Below are positions 39,982-53,120 of a stretch of DNA of 64,000 bases, one piece after another; within the stretch, counting starts at the first letter, position 1; the number at the start of each line of letters is the position of its first letter. Below the pieces are notes generated by a model. It worked only from the letters and a program-made list of their open reading frames with translations, did no database searches and was not told the DNA's origin. The DNA is from Octopus sinensis. Lineage: Eukaryota. Made by a program: the position numbers and the translations under genes. The stretch is taken from assembly GCF_006345805.1 (NCBI RefSeq), contig NC_043019.1, forward strand, positions 26,969,360 to 27,033,359, given 5' to 3'.

Positions 39982-40230
39982 TTTGTGTATAAAACAGATG
40001 GCCAATGATATCTACAGGGGTGGAATCAATATTATAGAAAAATCAATACCTACATAAAGTGCGAACGTGTGTATTTTTCTATGTGTGTGGGGAGGGATGA
40101 GTGAGTACAATGTCGGTGTACAATGTCGGTAAATAATTCTGTCTGTCGGTAAGTCTGTCTATCTGTCTGTCTGCCTGTCTGCCTGCCTGCCTGCCTGTCT
40201 GTCTGTCTGTCTATTTATCTATCTATCTAT

Positions 40231-40301
<71 letters not shown>

Positions 40302-41627
40302 AATGAAAATTTATGTATAAAGAACGTGAAATACACGAAGGGACGAACACGGAAAACAGACAAGTCATTCGAAGCCTTCAATCTTCAGTCAGAAACATCA
40401 TGGCAAATTTCGGCTGATTAATTCTGATATTTGCTCCAACTCGGCCAGCCCCAAGGAAAAAACTAAGCTGTGAGCATTAGATTTCTTGGTAGAAGGAAAG
40501 AATGTAAACGCAACAGAGACGAATATAAATACAAGAAACGAAAACAAAATTGAAAACAATAATGGTTAAAAACAGGATAACAGCGGGTGTCTTACGACTT
40601 TAGACAAAATGAGACAAAATAACTTATCAGCAGGCGTGGAAACAATTACCTTTTCGGCAGAGGGGACACATGTTGAGCGAGCCGCGGTCACCAACGGAAT
40701 GGCTTGTGAAGCAGCAGGTTGCAAGAGGGTAAGAGAGAGAGAAAGAGAGACAGAGAGAGAGGGAATTAAAGAGGGTGGAAGGCAGAGGACTGAAGCAATG
40801 ACCAGGAGAGAGAGAGAATGAAGGAATTAAAGAGGATGGGAGGAAGAGGGGGAAGAAACGGAGGGCGCCAAAATAGCTTGGTAAAGAAGCAATGGCGGAT
40901 AGGTAAGAGAAAGTATTTTAGAAGTCGTACAAGGGTAAAAATGTGACAAACATAAGGGAGTGGTGTACGTACGCCGCAATAGATAGATAGATAAATAGAC
41001 AGACAGACAGACAGACAGGCAGACAGGCAGGCAGACAGACTTACCGACAGATAGAATTTAGAAGGGCGTGACGTCGTTGCATCAAGCAGCAAAATTCACT
41101 CAAGTTCACTGAAATAAACACCGATATTGTACTCACAAATCCCTCAACACACACATACACACAATCTACTCTAGGCACAAGGCCCGAAATTTTTGGGTAG
41201 GGGACCAGACGATTAGATCGATCCCAGGAAACAACTGATACTTAATTTACCCACCCCGAAAGGATGAAAGACAAAGTCGATCTCGGCGGAATTTGAACTC
41301 AGGACGTAAAGACAGACGAAATACCGCTAAGCATTTCGCCCGGCGTGCTAACGTCTCTGCCAGCACGCCGCCTTTTTTGTGAGTTCAAATTCCACCAAGA
41401 TCGACTTTTCCCTTCATCCTTTCGGAGTCGATAAAATAAGTGCCAGTCGAGTTGTATCAGGACAATTATAGTACTCATTTGAGTACCCTGTGTGTTGTTA
41501 TCGAATTACCCATCACCCGATTTTGCTGGCCTCGTGCCAAAATTTGAAACCTTTATTAGAAAAGAAATGTTTATGATTACATCTCGTATATTATTAGTTT
41601 TGGTATCGAACCATTTCCTATTCCATT

Positions 41628-41950
41628 TCTTTATATATAAAAGTGAAGTTGTGTGTCTGTCTCCTACGATTTAGATTCCTAACTACTCCCACATTTTGCG
41701 GTGCAGTGTAACCAAAAGCGGGTATCTTATAGTCGTGATTCATATACCCCTTCTGGATATTAGCGCGCGTCAACGATGAGTCACCGATTTTAAAAATAAT
41801 TTACCATCATTTTTTTCCATTTTGATGCATTTTTCGCTATTATATAAGGGAAGTAACTCTCTAAAAATGTCTACGATGAGTCAACGATTTAAAAAAAAAT
41901 TTACCATAATTTCTTTTCCATTTTTAATGCATTTTTTTGCTATTTTTTGG
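41628..41950 (+). mobile_element. Second copy of the same Helitron, with internal tandem duplication, cut off by the gap
   Basis: Same 5' sequence as 37503; the internal ~110-bp segment (CGATGAGTC...CATTTTTAATGCATTTTT) is repeated before the N run. Confidence 0.8.
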
Positions 41951-42050
41951 NNNNNNNNNNNNNNNNNNNNNNNNNNNNNNNNNNNNNNNNNNNNNNNNNN
42001 NNNNNNNNNNNNNNNNNNNNNNNNNNNNNNNNNNNNNNNNNNNNNNNNNN
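41951..42050. other. Assembly gap (100 N)
   Basis: Run of exactly 100 N, typical of scaffold joins of unknown size. Confidence 0.99.
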
Positions 42051-42394
42051 GAGACAGAGAGGTTGGGGAAGTATCGACGAATACCGACATTGTGTATGAT
42101 GAAAATGTGTTGCTGTATAGCGAATTATAAGAAGGCCCGGGTATGTACGACCGGTTGGAGGGTGGGGGTCAATGGTACGGATGTGGCGGTGGGGTGGCGA
42201 TGTAGAAGTGGTCTCAGTGGTATTTTAAGTGGGCCGACATATGTTTATCAATCACATTCAACTTTTCTACTTGAGCAGTTTGGTGGTGTGGCGCTTGTGA
42301 TTGGTGTGGTGGTGGTGACTGCGGCAGGTGCATGCGTATATATTTCTATACATGTATATATGTATATATGTATACATATATGTTTTATATTGTA

Positions 42395-42454
<60 letters not shown>

Positions 42455-42869
42455 TATAGATTATATATACATATATGTGTGTGTGTCTATTTATATCTAT
42501 ATCCATACCTATATTTTTCTGGCTTTATATACACATACGTATCGCACGCGCGCACACACATCCACATGCACACAAAAGAACACAGGAACATTTGTTGTTC
42601 TGTAAATTGTACTTTTTTAGCTGCTAATTTCGTAGTATTTAACATTCATGGTTTGTGTTAGATCTGGAGTTGACGGTGTACAATGTGTAGGTCGTCGTAA
42701 GTCTGGTAACGTTTGAGTATATAATGTATAGGCATGAGCTGCCGGGGAGAAGGGCAGTAATCACGAATATCTGGCGAGAGTTATGCAGAGTGTGAATGTG
42801 TGAGGTTATGCTATTGTATTGAAAGTGTTGTGCGTGGAGCGTAAGTTATATGCAAAACGGTTACTTTTC

Positions 42870-43160
42870 GAACCGTGAACTGCGAATATATAAATCCTAG
42901 TTTGGTTTTAAAAGTTTTGTTTGGAAGACTGCAATCTGGATTGGATAGTGAAATTGCAGGTGCTGGTACAGTAATACACCAGTTCCTGAATTCGATCATT
43001 AGAAGGTTGGCAAAAAAGGGGGAAAAACCTCCAAAAAACCAAGCTCGCAATCTTCAATTCGGTTTGGGTGCCTATGCTTACTTATGGTAATGAATGTTGG
43101 GTAGTGACCGAAAGAGTAAGATCCCGAATACAAACGGTAGAAATGGGATTAGAAATGATC
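42870..43160 (+). pseudogene. RTE (Rex3/Expander-like) RT remnant
   Basis: KTKLAIFNSVWVPMLTYGNECWVVTERVRSRIQTVEMG matches the RTE motif KAKLSIY.SI.VPTLTYGHE.WVMTER.RSRIQAAEM. Confidence 0.8.
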
Positions 43161-43660
43161 AGAGAATTTTGAAAGATTACTTTGGATCAATTGTAGAACG
43201 GTTGTTACATTTAGCCGAAATATGAGCTGGAATCCCATGGACAGCCTTCGACTTTTCCTTACTAAAGAGTTTTTATCAAATATTTACACGTTATTACTTA
43301 TAGCTGTATTTTATTCGAAATTCCCCGCTCAATATAAAAAAAAGGAATAAAGTATTTTGAAGAAAGTAACTTTTTTTAACTTTCTACATTCCCATTTTAA
43401 TGACTGTTTTATAAATGATTTTTTTCACCGTTTACGTCTAGGTTTTTCATAAAACCCTTGTTGCTGTTATTTTAATATTTTATCTCGTTCTTGTTACATT
43501 TCTCATTGCTTTTAGGGCCAGCCATGACGCATATCCTTCTCATTCCCTTTTTTCCCCATTTTTTAAAATTGAATGTCAATTTTTATCTCTTTGTTAATTG
43601 AAAAACCGGATGAACAGACATCTGTATCACACAATCACATATAGATATACATACATGCAT

Positions 43661-43725
<65 letters not shown>

Positions 43726-43936
43726 CATACATGTGTGTTTGTACTTTGTAGTGTCTGTGTGTATCTATCTATCTATCTATCTATCTATCTCACTCTCTCT
43801 ATATGTATATATATGTATATATATGTGTGTGTATACATATATACGTATAATTTATACACTCACACAGATGCATATGTATATAAAGATGCATCGTATGTAT
43901 GCACGCACACATATAAGGTATATATACATACATGCA

Positions 43937-43982
<46 letters not shown>

Positions 43983-44133
43983 CACATTCATACACATACA
44001 TACATATAGATATATATATATATGCAAGCCCATACGTGTGTGTGTGTGAGTGTATGTGTGTGTGTATGAACAAACTCCAATGTCATACCTAGCTGGAAGG
44101 CATTTCAGATGGCAGACAAATGTGGATAAGAAC

Positions 44134-44210
<77 letters not shown>

Positions 44211-46032
44211 GTCTGAACTTAGTAAAAGTGAATTGATATCTCAGGAAACTCTAACAGAAACACTAAGAATTGTAAAATGCAAAATATTTTCTAGACGTCA
44301 TTAAAATTTTTCCTTCGTTGAAGAACATCGGATACTCCACTGCTTTTCAATTACAACTGTGATATAAAGGCGCCGAGCAGACAGAATCGTTGGCACGTCG
44401 GACACAAGCGCTTTACTAGCATTACAGCTCTTTGAGCGGTGAGTTCAAATTCTACCGTGGCCGACTTTGCCTTTTATTCTTTCAAGATTGGTGAAATAAG
44501 TGTTGAGCATTGGGGTCGATATAATCGGCTTTCTCCCCCCCCCATCTGTTTGCCCTTGTGCTTATCGTAGAATGGATATTAAAGTGTCGATCTGGCAGAG
44601 TCGTTAGCATACCGGACGAATGTGCTTTACTGTCGTTTCTTACGGTTCTTTGCGTTGTGAGTTCAAATTCTGCCGCGGTCAACTTTTCCTTTTATCCTTT
44701 CGGTGTCGATAAAAATAAGTACCAGTTGGGCACTGGGGTGGATGTAATCGATTGGCTCCCCCCCCACGCAAATTTCCACGCCTTGTTCCTCTAGTACACA
44801 AACAATTGTGATGTAAGCAATTTACTTCAGAAGGTGACCCAAGACAATCAGGCACAAACATTTCTCTTTTGTGTGTTCGTTGAGATGTATTGTTATAATT
44901 TTTATCTTACTATAACCATCAACAATCGCATTTCGTCAATATTAAAGTATTTATTAGATTAAAAATAACATTATCAAAACATGAAGGTAAAACAAGACAA
45001 ATATGCTTTGTTTTCTACCCGGCACCAATATATTGTAGCAGTTCTTTCACGTTGTTCACCAACCGACCTTTCTTCTGAAAAAAGTCAGTGGAATCAGTCG
45101 ATCTCCATACACAAATTATTTTCCTCCTGAAACTTATTAAAATTACACACATTAGGCACGCCGCACACTAAATTTCTCAGGTAAAAAAAAAAAAAAAAAT
45201 AGCGGCTTATACACCGGAAAATACGGTAGATAAAATATTTTCCTATTTTTACGTTTCAACTGAAATTTTCCGGCAGAAACAGACGAGCCACTAGGTCTCG
45301 GCTGCTTGTTTTTGCTGACATAAGTATGTGTATTTGTGATAGAAAGAAGGACATATATATGTACATGTATGTATATATACATATATGTGTGTGTGAGCGT
45401 GTATATATAAGTATCTAAGTATCTAAGTTTATATGTATATATATGTATATATATATATATATATATATACGTACTTTCACACAAATATAAAGATAAAGAG
45501 AGGGAAGGGCAGGAGAAGGGGGTAGAGAAAAGGAATGGCGGACAGTTGTATAATTAAATATAATCATAAGAATACGAAGCCGTAAGACAACCGAGGTTCA
45601 CTATATACATTATTGACAGCATCACATGAGAAAGTCAACGAAAGCTTAATATGCAAATATTATTTGGTATCTCTTTTTTGCTCAATATGTAAATGTTATT
45701 GATAGAATTGTGTGGTATGTGACGGCAAATGATACTAATTCAGTGGGAAAGAAAGGAAAAACAAAAACTAAAACAACCCATAAAAAAATATCCAGCAATA
45801 ATTACACGCAGAAAGACACACCAACCATCCAACCATCCAAATAACCTACCAACTTACCAGCCAGCAAGCCAACCTACCATCTGACAACTAATCAACAAAC
45901 AAACAGCATAAAGTGTGGCATTTTAGTGTGTCGTGAGAAGAGTAAATAGCAAATAGAAAATAGACTATGTTCGGTGTTTTAACGAAGTGCACCGTAAGAA
46001 ATGTTAGTCATAGCATTATATAAGACAGCGGC

Positions 46033-46657
46033 GGCTCAATATGCAAATGTCATTGGTAGATTACATAAGACAACCCAGACTCAATATGCAAATGTCATTG
46101 ATAGATTTCATAAGACAACCCAGACTCAATATGTAAATATTGATAGAATTACGTAAGGCAATCAAGGCTCAATATGTAAATGTTATTGATAGAATTACGT
46201 AAGGCAATCAAGGCTCAATATGTAAATGTTATTGATAGAATTACGTAAGGCAATCAAGGCTCAATATGTAAATGTTATTGATAGAATTACGTAAGGCAAT
46301 CAAGGCTCAATATGTAAATGTTATTGATAGAATTACGTAAGGCAATCAAGGCTCAATATGTAAATGTTATTGATAGAATTACGTAAGGCAATCAAGGCTC
46401 AATATGTAAATGTTATTGATAGAATTACGTAAGGCAATCAAGGCTCAATATGTAAATGTCATTGATAGAATTACGTAAGACAATCAAGGCTCAATATGTA
46501 AATGTCATTGATAGAATTACGTAAGACAATCAAGGCTCAATATGTAAATGTCATTGATAGAATTTCGTAAGGCAATCAAGGCTCAATATGTAAATGTTAT
46601 TGATAGAATTACGTAAGGCAATCAAGGCTCAATATGTAAATGTTATTGGTAGTGTTA
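46033..46657. repeat. 46-bp minisatellite, ~14 units
   Basis: Unit AGGCTCAATATGTAAATGTTATTGATAGAATTACGTAAGGCAATCA; GGCTC recurs at 46166, 46212, 46258 ... 46626; the first three units are 43-45 bp and degenerate. Confidence 0.97.
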
Positions 46658-46747
46658 CGTAAGACAACCGAGGTTCACTATATACATTATTGACAGCATC
46701 ACATGAGAAAGTCAACGAAAGCTTAATATGCAAATATTATTTGGTAT

Positions 46748-47370
46748 CTCTTTTACTCTTTTACTTGTTTCAGTTATTTCACTGCGGCCATGCTGGAGTA
46801 CCGTCTTTAGTCGAGCAAATCGACCCCAGGACTTATTCTTTGGAAGCCTGTCACTTTTATCGAATCGCTAAGTGACGGGGACGTAAACACACCACCATCG
46901 GTTGTCAAGCGATGTTGCGGGAACAAACACAGACACGCAAACATATACACACACATACATACATATATACTCTTTTACTCTTTACTCTTTTACTTGTTTC
47001 AATCATTTGACTGTGGCCATGCTGGAGCACCACCATTTTTTAGTCGAGCAAATCGACCCCAGGACTTATTTCTATCAGTCTCTTTTGCCGAACCGTTAAG
47101 TTACGGGGACGTAAACACACCAGCATCGGTTGTCAAGCGATTTTGGGGGGACAAACACAGACACACAAACATATACACATACACATACATATATATATAT
47201 ATGCATATATACGACAGGCTTCTTTCAGTTTCCGTCTATCAAATCCACTGACAAGGTTTTGGTCTGCCCGAGGCAGAAGACACTTGCCCAAGGTGCCACA
47301 CCATGGAACTGAACCTGGAACCATGTGGTTGGTAAGCAAGCTTTCTTACAATACAGCCACTCTTGCACCT
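46748..47370 (-). mobile_element. Two tandem SINE family A copies (a headless one at ~46748-46965 and a full one at ~46966-47370)
   Basis: Two successive (ACTCTTTT)n tails and bodies homologous to 11713-12118. Confidence 0.85.
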
Positions 47371-47772
47371 ATGTCGTTAACATATTTTTAAAAGTTTAGA
47401 ATATGCATATATACATACATATATACACACTCCTATTTACAACATACATACACATACATGCACATATATACGCCCATAACATAAATGTATTTTTGTTTAT
47501 ATATATGTATCTCTCTCTCTCTATCTCTCAATATATATATATATATTATATATATATATAGTTGCCATGATAGATCGTTAGCCACTACACACATTTTTTT
47601 CTCTCCTTGTTTTCTGTGTCCCTTTCTGTAGAAGAGCGTAGGCTCGAAACTTAAAATACTTTTTCTATTCCTGAGCGTTATACTAATACATCTGTTTGTT
47701 TTGTACACCACCTGTCTTCGACTTTTGTTTTTTTTTTCGTAAACTCTGCCTATATATATATATATATTATAT

Positions 47773-47812
<40 letters not shown>

Positions 47813-47990
47813 CGTGTGTGTGCGTGTGTGTGTGTGTACAAGATATTAGAGTCAACGCAATGTAAACGCCGAGTTTCAGGTATTATCTAAGAATGAATCA
47901 TCGGAAAATTATCTGAAATAGTTAAAAACAAATGTCAGGAATTTTTAGTTAATAATTTTATTAGACGTGAAATTCATGCTGTGGTACCTC

Positions 47991-48023
<33 letters not shown>

Positions 48024-48222
48024 CATAGATATATTCATACATGACTAAAATATCTTCCTGATCTACCTTATAATAACGTTCATGATGCATGTGGCTGCGA
48101 TATACTCAACCAGTTATACAATGATTTAGTTAAGTAACTGGAATAATATTCATCGTGGAAAGTGAGGGATGTGCATCTACGTATACATAAATATATATAT
48201 GCATACACACACACATACACAC

Positions 48223-48297
<75 letters not shown>

Positions 48298-48388
48298 CAA
48301 ACACACACACATATATATATCTCTCTATATATATAAATATATGTATTTTTTAAAATCGGTTGCATCTCAAAGCTGCATATATATACAA

Positions 48389-48444
<56 letters not shown>

Positions 48445-48464
48445 GTATATGTATATATATATAC

Positions 48465-48495
<31 letters not shown>

Positions 48496-48526
48496 GATAT
48501 ATATATATATATATATATATATACAC

Positions 48527-48567
<41 letters not shown>

Positions 48568-50207
48568 TAAACATGTTTATATCATCGGAATAACGCTCTA
48601 AAACCTCGTGGTCGCTTGTTGTAGCATTTCGGAGAGGCGGGGTGCTTTATAATTATGGTAAATTTTTTAGTTATTTAATCTTTTCTTTTTATCTGTTATT
48701 TTTCTCGTCCTGTTTTTGTTGCTGCTGCTGTCGTTGTTGTTTGCGATGTAAATGTCACTGTATCTAATTATATGGTTAGAGGAATTTAGGAGGAAAGGAG
48801 AGTGTGAGGGGAGTGAGGAAAAGAAAATAAGGGGTGGGGGTGGAATAGGAAGAAAATGGTGGGAGAGGGGGTGGGGGGAACCAGCAAGTAAATTATTTTC
48901 GTGTTGTCATATATAATGTGTTGTGAATTATGTGTTTTTGTGTGTGTATGTGTGTGTGTGTGTTTGTGTGTGTATTTGTGTGTGTATGTGTGCGTAAGTG
49001 TATGTGTGTGTATGCGTGCCTGTCTCTGAATATACGTGTGTGCGTATGTGTCACTGTGCGCCCAATGAAAGACATATGTATTTATGTTAACGTTCTCCCT
49101 GGGATGGCCGAATGGTTAAATCGTTAGCTTCACAATCATCAAGTCCTGGGTTCGATATCATTGCGGTTTCAATGCGGATCTCCTATAGATTCGAAACCGG
49201 TCTGGTGCGCTGTACCCGGTAATTCCGAAATTGTCAACGTTCTCACAGAATGTATTCGTTTGAATCTGTCTGATGACTACGTTAAGAGCAATACCCGACG
49301 TCTGCGGAACATCCGGCCACTTTTTATATAATGAGTAAATAGTTCAATAGATCACATTGGTAGAATACCCCTCACTGAAATTGACATGAAGGAGAAAGCT
49401 GATTCGAAAACTACAGAAGTTTATCATTTAAGTATATATGAGCATGTCTAAACATGCTCATATATACTTAAATGATAAACTTCTGGAAAGTCTTACAGAT
49501 TTTTACAGTTCCAGTGATGGATTGGATCTGTAGTTTTCGAATCAGCTTTCTCCTTCTAGTTTCGAGAAGCCTAATTTCTCAAGATTGGTAATTAGGCAGT
49601 GTGTTATATATCCCAGGGCCCCAATAATTATAGGTATAAACATGAACTTGTAATTTGAATAGAGTAACTGGAGATTTCTCAATAGTCAAGAGTAGGTATT
49701 CTCTTTTTTGCTGATCTTTAGCTGTGTGTATGTATGTATGTATGTATGTATGTATGTATGTATGTATGTATGTATAGTAACGGCTTGACTATCACGGGTG
49801 TTACATTCCAAAACCTCCCCGCGATAGATGATCCGCAATATGGCGAGGGATTACTGTATGTGCGTATACACACATATAGACGTATATATGTGTATGTACA
49901 TTTATACAAATATATAGTTATATAAGTGTGCATGTTTGTGTGTATGTATGTATGTATGTATGTATGTATGTATGTATGGCAATTATTGTATTCTATTTCA
50001 TTGGCCTGGGAAGTAATAAAAGCGATGTCGACCTCAGTGGAGTTTGAACTTTCATTGTAAAGGAATGTAACTAAAACCGTTCTGAATCTTGACAGCTCTC
50101 TAGTTTACTGTGTTAAGAATCATTTTATAATACTCACAGAAACAGACACATGTCAAGGTGTGTAGGTATGGTCGATTGGATTGATCCCCAGTATGTCATA
50201 TTACTGG

Positions 50208-50580
50208 TATCGGTGAGCTGGCAGAAACGTTAGGACGCCGGGCGAAATGCTTAGCGGTATTTCGTCTGCCGTTACGTTCTGAGTTCAAATTCCGCCGTGG
50301 TCGACATTGCCTTTCATCCTTTCGGGGCCGATTAAATAAGTACCAGTTGCGCACTGGGGTCGATGTAATATCGACTTAATCCGTTTGTCTGTCCTTATTT
50401 GTCCCCTCTGTGTTTGACCCCTTGTGGGTAGTAAAAAATAGGTATTTTGCCTGCCACTACGTTCTGAGTTCAAATTCCGCCGAGGTCGGTGGAATTTGAA
50501 CTCAGAACATAAAGACAGACGAAATACCACTAAGAAATTCGCCTGGCGTGCTAACGATTCCGCCAGCTCACCGCCTTCAG
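50208..50580. mobile_element. Cluster of SINE family B copies (+, + fragment, -)
   Basis: Full + copy ~50208-50440, restart at GTATTT, then a minus copy joined head-to-head at ~50485. Confidence 0.85.
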
Positions 50581-50924
50581 TGGACTTGAATAATGTGAAA
50601 TGAAGAGTCTTGCTCAAGGACACAACTTCCCGCCGGGAATCGAACTCACGACCTTACGATAGTGAGGTGAATACTCCTAACCACTAAACCACATGTCTTC
50701 ACATAGATTGATAATATCCAGAGTCTCATTTGGTCATGCCTGAGAATCTAGCTGGAAAGTATAATGATGGTTGCTTCCGATAGGACCTCACGGGGGACGC
50801 GCCTGAAGGCTCTAACCCTACGATCGTCCCATGTTCCTCTTTGATTTTGGTCGAAGAAAAATTACGAGCTATTGTTTTCCCCCACGTTTTTCTCACAGCC
50901 CTTTTCTTGAGGGCACATTTATGT

Positions 50925-51165
50925 GGAGGTGCGTGGCTTAGTGGTTAGGGCGTCAGCATCATGATCGTAAGATTTTGGTTTCGATTGCTGGACCGGCCGA
51001 TGCGTTGTGTTCTTGAGTAAAACACTTCATTTCACGTTGCTCCAGTCCACCCAGCTGGCAAAAATAAGTAACGCTGCGATGGACTGGTGTCCCGTCCAGC
51101 TGGGGAACACATACGCCACTGAAACCGGGCCCATGAGCCTGGCTAGGCTTTAAAAGGGCGCATTT
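50925..51165 (+). mobile_element. tRNA-derived SINE family D
   Basis: A box TGGCTTAGTGG, B-box-like GGTTTCGATTGC, GTGTTCTTGAGTAAAACACTT central motif. Related minus-strand copies at ~50590-50700, ~53950-54170 and ~17920-18050. Confidence 0.75.
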
Positions 51166-52058
51166 ATTTATTTTTATTCTTTTCTCACAACATCGGAGAA
51201 AATAGATGGATGAAGGGAAAATGAACTCTCATTGTGGTTTGAAACCCTAACATAAAGCTTCGTAATTAAATAACTCGAGGTATTCAAGTGCTGCTAATTA
51301 AAGAAAAAAAAACGGCATAACAGAACGACATAATTTTCATATGTAACTTCTAAGTTGTTATTGTCAGATTATTTTCAAATTAATTATCGTCTGCTTTATT
51401 GAGATTCGGAAGCGTTTAACGCGAATAAATATTTTCTCTCTTTGTTTTATGTAATTTTGTCTTTTGTAACGAACTAATTTACCTTCTTAATTGCGTTATT
51501 AAGAGCGTCGGAATAAATAGAGCATGCTTTCATCTTTGTTTTATTTATTAATTAAGGAGGAGCAGCGTCATGGCACTCGTAGGTCTCTCAAATTAGAGAC
51601 ATTGATGTGGTTTATCGTCCTCAGCTGCAATAGCTGTGGGAAAAAAAACCCAGTGGGGAGGGAAAGAATGGTTCGTGGGTTCTTGTGTGGAGTTAAATGA
51701 ATGAGGAACTTGTTTATGCAGAGGGGGAGCAAAGAGAGAAAGCATCGTGTGTGTGTGTGTGTGTGTGTGTCTGTGTGTGCTTACCATTGGTTGGGTTGGT
51801 GAGCTCAATTCAACTAATTCAACCAATGGTAAGGACACACACACACAAACGTACGCGCACATACGCACTCACGCGCATACATATCTGTCTATTTATCTAT
51901 GCATGTGTATGTGTGTGTACGTGTCTGTGTGTGCATGTATATATATATATATATATATATATAGACATACATAATAAACTACAGACTACTGTAAAATATA
52001 CTATCCCAGTGGAATCGAACCTGGGTCAGATGGTTGTGAAGTGAACTTCTGAACCACA

Positions 52059-52106
<48 letters not shown>

Positions 52107-53120
52107 ATGCATATAGCAAGCGAGTAAGAGACAGCTGTATGCTATGATCAAGAAGATACTTGAGATAGATAAAGAACATCACAATAAGAAAAGTAAATGT
52201 TCGGAACACCTCCCTGAATACAGATAACCTCCTCTAACACGGAAAAGATATTGGTACCACAAGACACACGCAACAGGCTCTTTGCAAATATTTGAATCAG
52301 ACGTAAATTACGACAGACTATAGTAGCACTGGCAAATGATTAATTAAATGAAGAATGGAGCACATGGCAGTCATGGTTTAGGACGAATGTTACTGTAATT
52401 TAGCCCCAGGAGGCATCATCTCCAGCTGGCTATACGACACGATCTGTGTCCTTATATTTTCGAACAAGGGAATCTAGCACCCCCACTCAGCTCAAAACAA
52501 TATCTGTGTATCGCGATTTCTGGATTGTTTTGAGCTGAGTGGGGGTGCTAGGTTCCCTTGTTCGAAAATATAAGGACACAAATTGTGTCGTATAGCCAGC
52601 TGGAGACTATCATGTTATGTTGGCAAGCACTCTTTACTCCAAAGAGACTATCATTGTGTCGTATAGCCAGCTAGGACTATCATGTTATGTTGGCAAGCAC
52701 TCTTTACTCCAAAGTACTGTTGCTGAATATCTCTCGTTGTGAGATTTAAAGATAATAATTTTCCAATTTAAATGAATAATGTCAGCTAGAGAGTTCACTA
52801 AACTTTGAATAGGGCATTTTACTGTCGAAATATCAGCTTAATGTAATATAAAGCATTGCTACCCAATGTACCGGTCCGCGAGCCATCAGCTGCCCGTACG
52901 CGGAGTTTCCAGAAAAGAAAAAAGCATTATAAAATGCTTATAAAATGCTTATGTAATATTGTATTATTTGTTTACAAAATAAATGTAAGATAAAAAAAAA
53001 TTGTCAACGTTTATTATATTTATTATATATATTAACTTGTTTCTCCTTTTTTGAGATAAGCGACTTTTTGTCACTGGAAAAAGCATATATATTTGCATTG
53101 GAAATATCCCTTCTCATCCC

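Noticed and set aside
41822-42605. ORFs spanning the N run
   Set aside because: Artefacts of translating through the assembly gap.
45200-45228. Tc2/pogo-like TIR end (GCGGCTTATACACCGGAAAATACGG-TA)
   Set aside because: No partner TIR was found, so no element can be delimited.
46033-46657. Regular 46-bp repeats resembling a CRISPR array
   Set aside because: Units are contiguous with no unique spacers, there are no cas genes, and the context is eukaryotic.
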